Source of the DNA: Bacteroidota bacterium
GTDB lineage: Bacteria > Bacteroidota > Bacteroidia > AKYH767-A > 2013-40CM-41-45
Direction of reading: 5' to 3'
NCBI GenBank assembly: GCA_031417555.1
Contig: JANOVV010000028.1
Span: forward strand, 9,914-73,913
DNA length: 64,000 nt
Shown here: piece by piece, positions 60,762-64,000 of the stretch
Position numbering within the stretch: position 1 is the first letter of the stretch
Layout of the letters: every line of letters begins with the position of its first letter
Notes under the pieces: generated by a model
What the model was told of the DNA's origin: nothing
The model's database searches: none
The model's input: the letters and a program-made list of their open reading frames with translations, nothing else
Made by a program: the position numbers and the translations under genes

Positions 60762-60787
60762 CCAAAAAAATTGCGTAGTATAATAAA

Positions 60788-63133
60788 ATGATTCTAAAAC
60801 ATAAATTAAGAAAAATACTTTTAATAGTAATCGGTGTATTACTTATTACTTCTGTTGTAATAATTTTATTCATTTCACCAATTACTAAATATTTAATTGA
60901 AAAAAATGATGAAAAATATACTGGTAGAAAAATTACAATTGATTGGGCATACGTAAATCCTTTTACCGGCTTTGTACATTTAAAAAATATAAAAATTAAT
61001 GAATTCAAAAGTGACAGTATTTTCTTTTCTTCCAATGGACTTAGTATTAATTTTTCACTTTATAAATTATTTTCTAAAACTTATGAGATAAGTGAGCTAA
61101 CCTTGGATAAGCCTCGGGGATATATTATTCAAAATAAAAACGATTTTAATTTTAATGATATTATTAAAATGTTTTCACCCGATGAAGTTATAGATACTAC
61201 CAAACTTCCTTTGCACTTTAACATACTTAGCATAAAAATTAAGAATGGAGAATTCTATTACCACGAGCCACTAATTCCTATCAATTATTATATTAAAAAT
61301 GTAAATTTAGAAAGTACCGGTAAACGTTGGGATTCTGATTCTATAACAACTTCTATTTCATTTGTGCCTGGTATTGGAAGTGGTGAAATAAAGGGTAACA
61401 TAACTATAAATTTGAAAAACAATGACTATCATTTTGATGTTAGAATTAAAAAGTTTGATTTAAATATCATTGGGCAATATTTAAAAGATTTGACCAATTA
61501 TGGTAATTTTTCTGCAAACCTTGATGCTGATGTCAAATCAAAAGGAAATTTTAACGATCCTCAGGATGTGACCACTAAAGGGTTCATTCAGATTAATGAC
61601 TTTCATTTTGGGAAAACAAACATAAATGATTATGCATCTTTTGATAAATTATCTTTAACGATGAAAGAAATAAGTCCTAAAAATCATATTTATCTTTTTG
61701 ATTCTGTAATACTAAGTCATCCTTATTTTAAATATGAGAGATATGATTATTTGGATAATATTCAGACCATGTTTGGTGTTGATGGATCAAATCTGACTGC
61801 TGCTAATGCTAGTAATACTAAATTTAATTTGGTAATAGAAATTGCGGATTATGTTAAAATACTTGGTAGAAACTTTTTTCAAAGCTATTATCAAATTAAC
61901 AGGTTTGCTATTAATAAAGGTGATATTAAGTTTAATGATTTTTCTTTGGGTGAAAAATTTTCTGTGGATTTAAATCCATTATCTATTGTTGCAGATTCTG
62001 TCGATAAAAACCATAATCGGGCAAATGTTTTTTTTAAAACCGGCATTAAGCCATATGGTGATGCCGAAGTAAATCTCAGTATAAATCCAAAAGATACGGG
62101 AGATTTTGATATGCAATATAATCTTAAAAAATTTCCAGCATCTATGTTTAACCCGTATTTAATCTCATATACATCTTTTCCGCTTGATAGGGGAACGATT
62201 GAAGTTAACGGTACGTGGAATGTCAGAAATGGAATTATCAAAAGTGATAATCATTTGGTTATTATAGATCCTCGTGCTACTAAAAGATTGAGGAATAAAG
62301 ATGCTAAATGGATACCGTTGCCATTGATATTATCATTTATTCGTGAGCGTGGAAATGTAATCGATTATGAAATTCCAATAACCGGAAATATGAAGAATCC
62401 AAAATTCCATTTACGCGATGTGATTTTTGATTTACTTGAAAATATTTTTGTGAAACCTGCGACAACATCGTATAGGTTGCAAGTTAAAAATATTGAAACT
62501 GAAATAGAGAAATCGCTTACTTTAAAATGGGGACTTCGAAATTCTGAATTGCTTCCTACACAGGTTAAATTTTTAGAAAAAATGGCTAACTTCCTGGAGA
62601 AAAATCCTGAGTCAGGCATCGTAATATATCCTCATGTTTACACAATAAAGGAAAAAGAATATATCCTTCTTTATGAAGCAAAAAAGAGGTATTATATAGC
62701 ATCAAATAATATCGATGCTCGAATGTACAATGAACATGATTCTGAGCTTGTAGATAAGATGGCCATAAAAGATACACTTTTTGTTCAATACCTGAATAAG
62801 CAGGTAAACGATTCAATGGTATTTACAATTCAAGAAAAATGTTCCAGAGTTATCGACGAGTCGATAGTAAATGATAAGTTCAGGAAATTAAAGAAAGATA
62901 GGGAAGAAGCATTTAAAATTTACTTTAAAGAAAATGATGTTATTAAGAGAATTGAATTAAGCGAGACTGAAAATGTAATTCCTTACAATGGATTTTCATA
63001 TTATAAAATCAAATATAAAGGAGAATTACCGGAATATTTGATTGATGCTTATAAAAAAATGAACGAATTAAACGATGAGGCACCACGCGATAAATTTAAA
63101 AATTTCCGTAAAAAGGATAAGAGTGTATTATAA
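60788..63133 (+). CDS. DUF748 / AsmA-like envelope protein
   Basis: N-terminal membrane anchor, GRKI.I....VNPF.G, long beta-rich body and IDYEIPITG....PKF. Confidence 0.75.
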   Translation: MILKHKLRKILLIVIGVLLITSVVIILFISPITKYLIEKNDEKYTGRKITIDWAYVNPFTGFVHLKNIKINEFKSDSIFFSSNGLSINFSLYKLFSKTYEISELTLDKPRGYIIQNKNDFNFNDIIKMFSPDEVIDTTKLPLHFNILSIKIKNGEFYYHEPLIPINYYIKNVNLESTGKRWDSDSITTSISFVPGIGSGEIKGNITINLKNNDYHFDVRIKKFDLNIIGQYLKDLTNYGNFSANLDADVKSKGNFNDPQDVTTKGFIQINDFHFGKTNINDYASFDKLSLTMKEISPKNHIYLFDSVILSHPYFKYERYDYLDNIQTMFGVDGSNLTAANASNTKFNLVIEIADYVKILGRNFFQSYYQINRFAINKGDIKFNDFSLGEKFSVDLNPLSIVADSVDKNHNRANVFFKTGIKPYGDAEVNLSINPKDTGDFDMQYNLKKFPASMFNPYLISYTSFPLDRGTIEVNGTWNVRNGIIKSDNHLVIIDPRATKRLRNKDAKWIPLPLILSFIRERGNVIDYEIPITGNMKNPKFHLRDVIFDLLENIFVKPATTSYRLQVKNIETEIEKSLTLKWGLRNSELLPTQVKFLEKMANFLEKNPESGIVIYPHVYTIKEKEYILLYEAKKRYYIASNNIDARMYNEHDSELVDKMAIKDTLFVQYLNKQVNDSMVFTIQEKCSRVIDESIVNDKFRKLKKDREEAFKIYFKENDVIKRIELSETENVIPYNGFSYYKIKYKGELPEYLIDAYKKMNELNDEAPRDKFKNFRKKDKSVL

Positions 63134-63184
63134 TGGAATAAAATATAAGACGATTAATTCATTTTCAATAGATGAATTGCACAA

Positions 63185-63250
63185 ACGTGAATTATGTAAC
63201 TTATACCAAAAGTTTTGTAACATGCAAAACATTCTATATTCATTTCTTTG
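63185..63250 (+). promoter_or_regulatory. Island promoter module, copy 14
   Basis: GTGAATTATGTAAC-ttataccaaaa-GTTTTGTAAC; cores end at 63199 and 63220; -7 box TTTCTTTG ends at 63250. Confidence 0.85.
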
Positions 63251-63304
63251 CAGTCTTATTTATGAAGTAAAATAATTTTTAAACAATTAATTATACAAAT
63301 TTCT

Positions 63305-64000
63305 ATGAAAAAATATGTTTTTATTGCTGCAACTGCATTAGTAATGTCAGCTTGTAATCAAAATGAACTTACGGAATCAAATCGCCAGAAAGATTCATTG
63401 ATGTCAGTTGTCAATGAGCGTGATTCATTTATTAACGACTTTATTTCTTCGTTTAATGATGTGGAAAGGAATCTTGATTCTGTTGCTGTAAGACAGCATA
63501 TTATTGCTGTTAATTCAGATAAGCCCGGTGAGCTAAAGCCTACTCAGAAAGCAAGAATTAATGCGGAGATTGCTTCTATTAATAGTTTAATGGATCAAAA
63601 TCGAAAAAAAATTGCTGAATTAAATCGTAAAATCAAAAATTCATCAAGCAAAAATGCACAGCTAGAGAAAATGATTGCTACACTTAACGATCAGTTGGCT
63701 AAGAAAGATATAGAACTCGCCGATTTAAATGCGAAGCTGAATTCATTAAATGCACAAGTAGCTACTTTAGAGACTTCAGTTGATACTCTCATGGCTCGCA
63801 ATGGTGCTCAATCACAAACTATTGCTGAAGAAACAATGGCTTTACATACAGCTTACTTTGTGGTCGGTAAATCAAATGATTTACAAGATGCAAAAATCAT
63901 CGACAGAAAAGGCGGACTGCTTGGTATTGGCAGAACTTCTAAATTAAGTCAGGATTTCGATAACAGTAAGTTTACTCGAATCGATTACACGGTAACAAAT
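63305..64000 (+). CDS. Coiled-coil lipoprotein, 3' truncated (not in the ORF track); resembles Bacteroides Cbp1-like lipoproteins
   Basis: Starts MKKYVFIAATALVMSAC (lipobox), then a long heptad region and AYFVVG...KGGLLGIG; runs off the window end. Confidence 0.75.
   Translation, partial: MKKYVFIAATALVMSACNQNELTESNRQKDSLMSVVNERDSFINDFISSFNDVERNLDSVAVRQHIIAVNSDKPGELKPTQKARINAEIASINSLMDQNRKKIAELNRKIKNSSSKNAQLEKMIATLNDQLAKKDIELADLNAKLNSLNAQVATLETSVDTLMARNGAQSQTIAEETMALHTAYFVVGKSNDLQDAKIIDRKGGLLGIGRTSKLSQDFDNSKFTRIDYTVTN

Noticed and set aside
60703-61035. 110-aa minus-strand ORF
   Set aside because: It is an antisense shadow of the DUF748 gene and its promoter.
63075-63275. 66-aa plus-strand ORF
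   Set aside because: It overlaps the DUF748 gene end and promoter module 14. The real next gene starts at 63305.
30218-64000. The island as a mobile element
   Set aside because: No integrase, transposase, tRNA or att repeat is visible, and composition looks like the flank. The right boundary lies outside the window, so mobility is unsupported rather than excluded.

Overview
AT-rich Bacteroidota chromosomal DNA, judged from T9SS-type C-terminal domains, TAnnTTTG -7 promoter boxes and a MoaC-MoaB fusion. I found no rRNA, tRNA, CRISPR array or transposase. The first 30 kb holds a T9SS protein paired with a long collagen-like fibre, a molybdenum-cofactor cluster with a decayed modE, a PQQ sugar dehydrogenase, a TonB receptor, a five-gene glyco-cluster (GH-A/GT2 fusion, GT, YdjC, ABC exporter, APH-like) and a Rieske oxygenase. 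From 30.2 to 64 kb lies a stress-type gene island (csbD, ytxH, PA2169-like, lmo0937-like, YhfW-like, GT4 fusion plus GH130, and others). It carries two paralogous AraC regulators and a soluble phosphorelay that includes a kinase whose only input is a ~400-aa coiled coil of 21-aa repeats. The main observation is one oriented promoter module found 14 times, in front of nearly every transcription unit of the island. It consists of two TGTAA-core direct repeats exactly 21 bp apart, sitting 29-30 bp from a -7 box that usually lacks the canonical first T. This points to a self-contained, probably AraC-activated general-stress regulon. Family names come from my recognition of sequence motifs, not from database searches, and all counts were done by hand.
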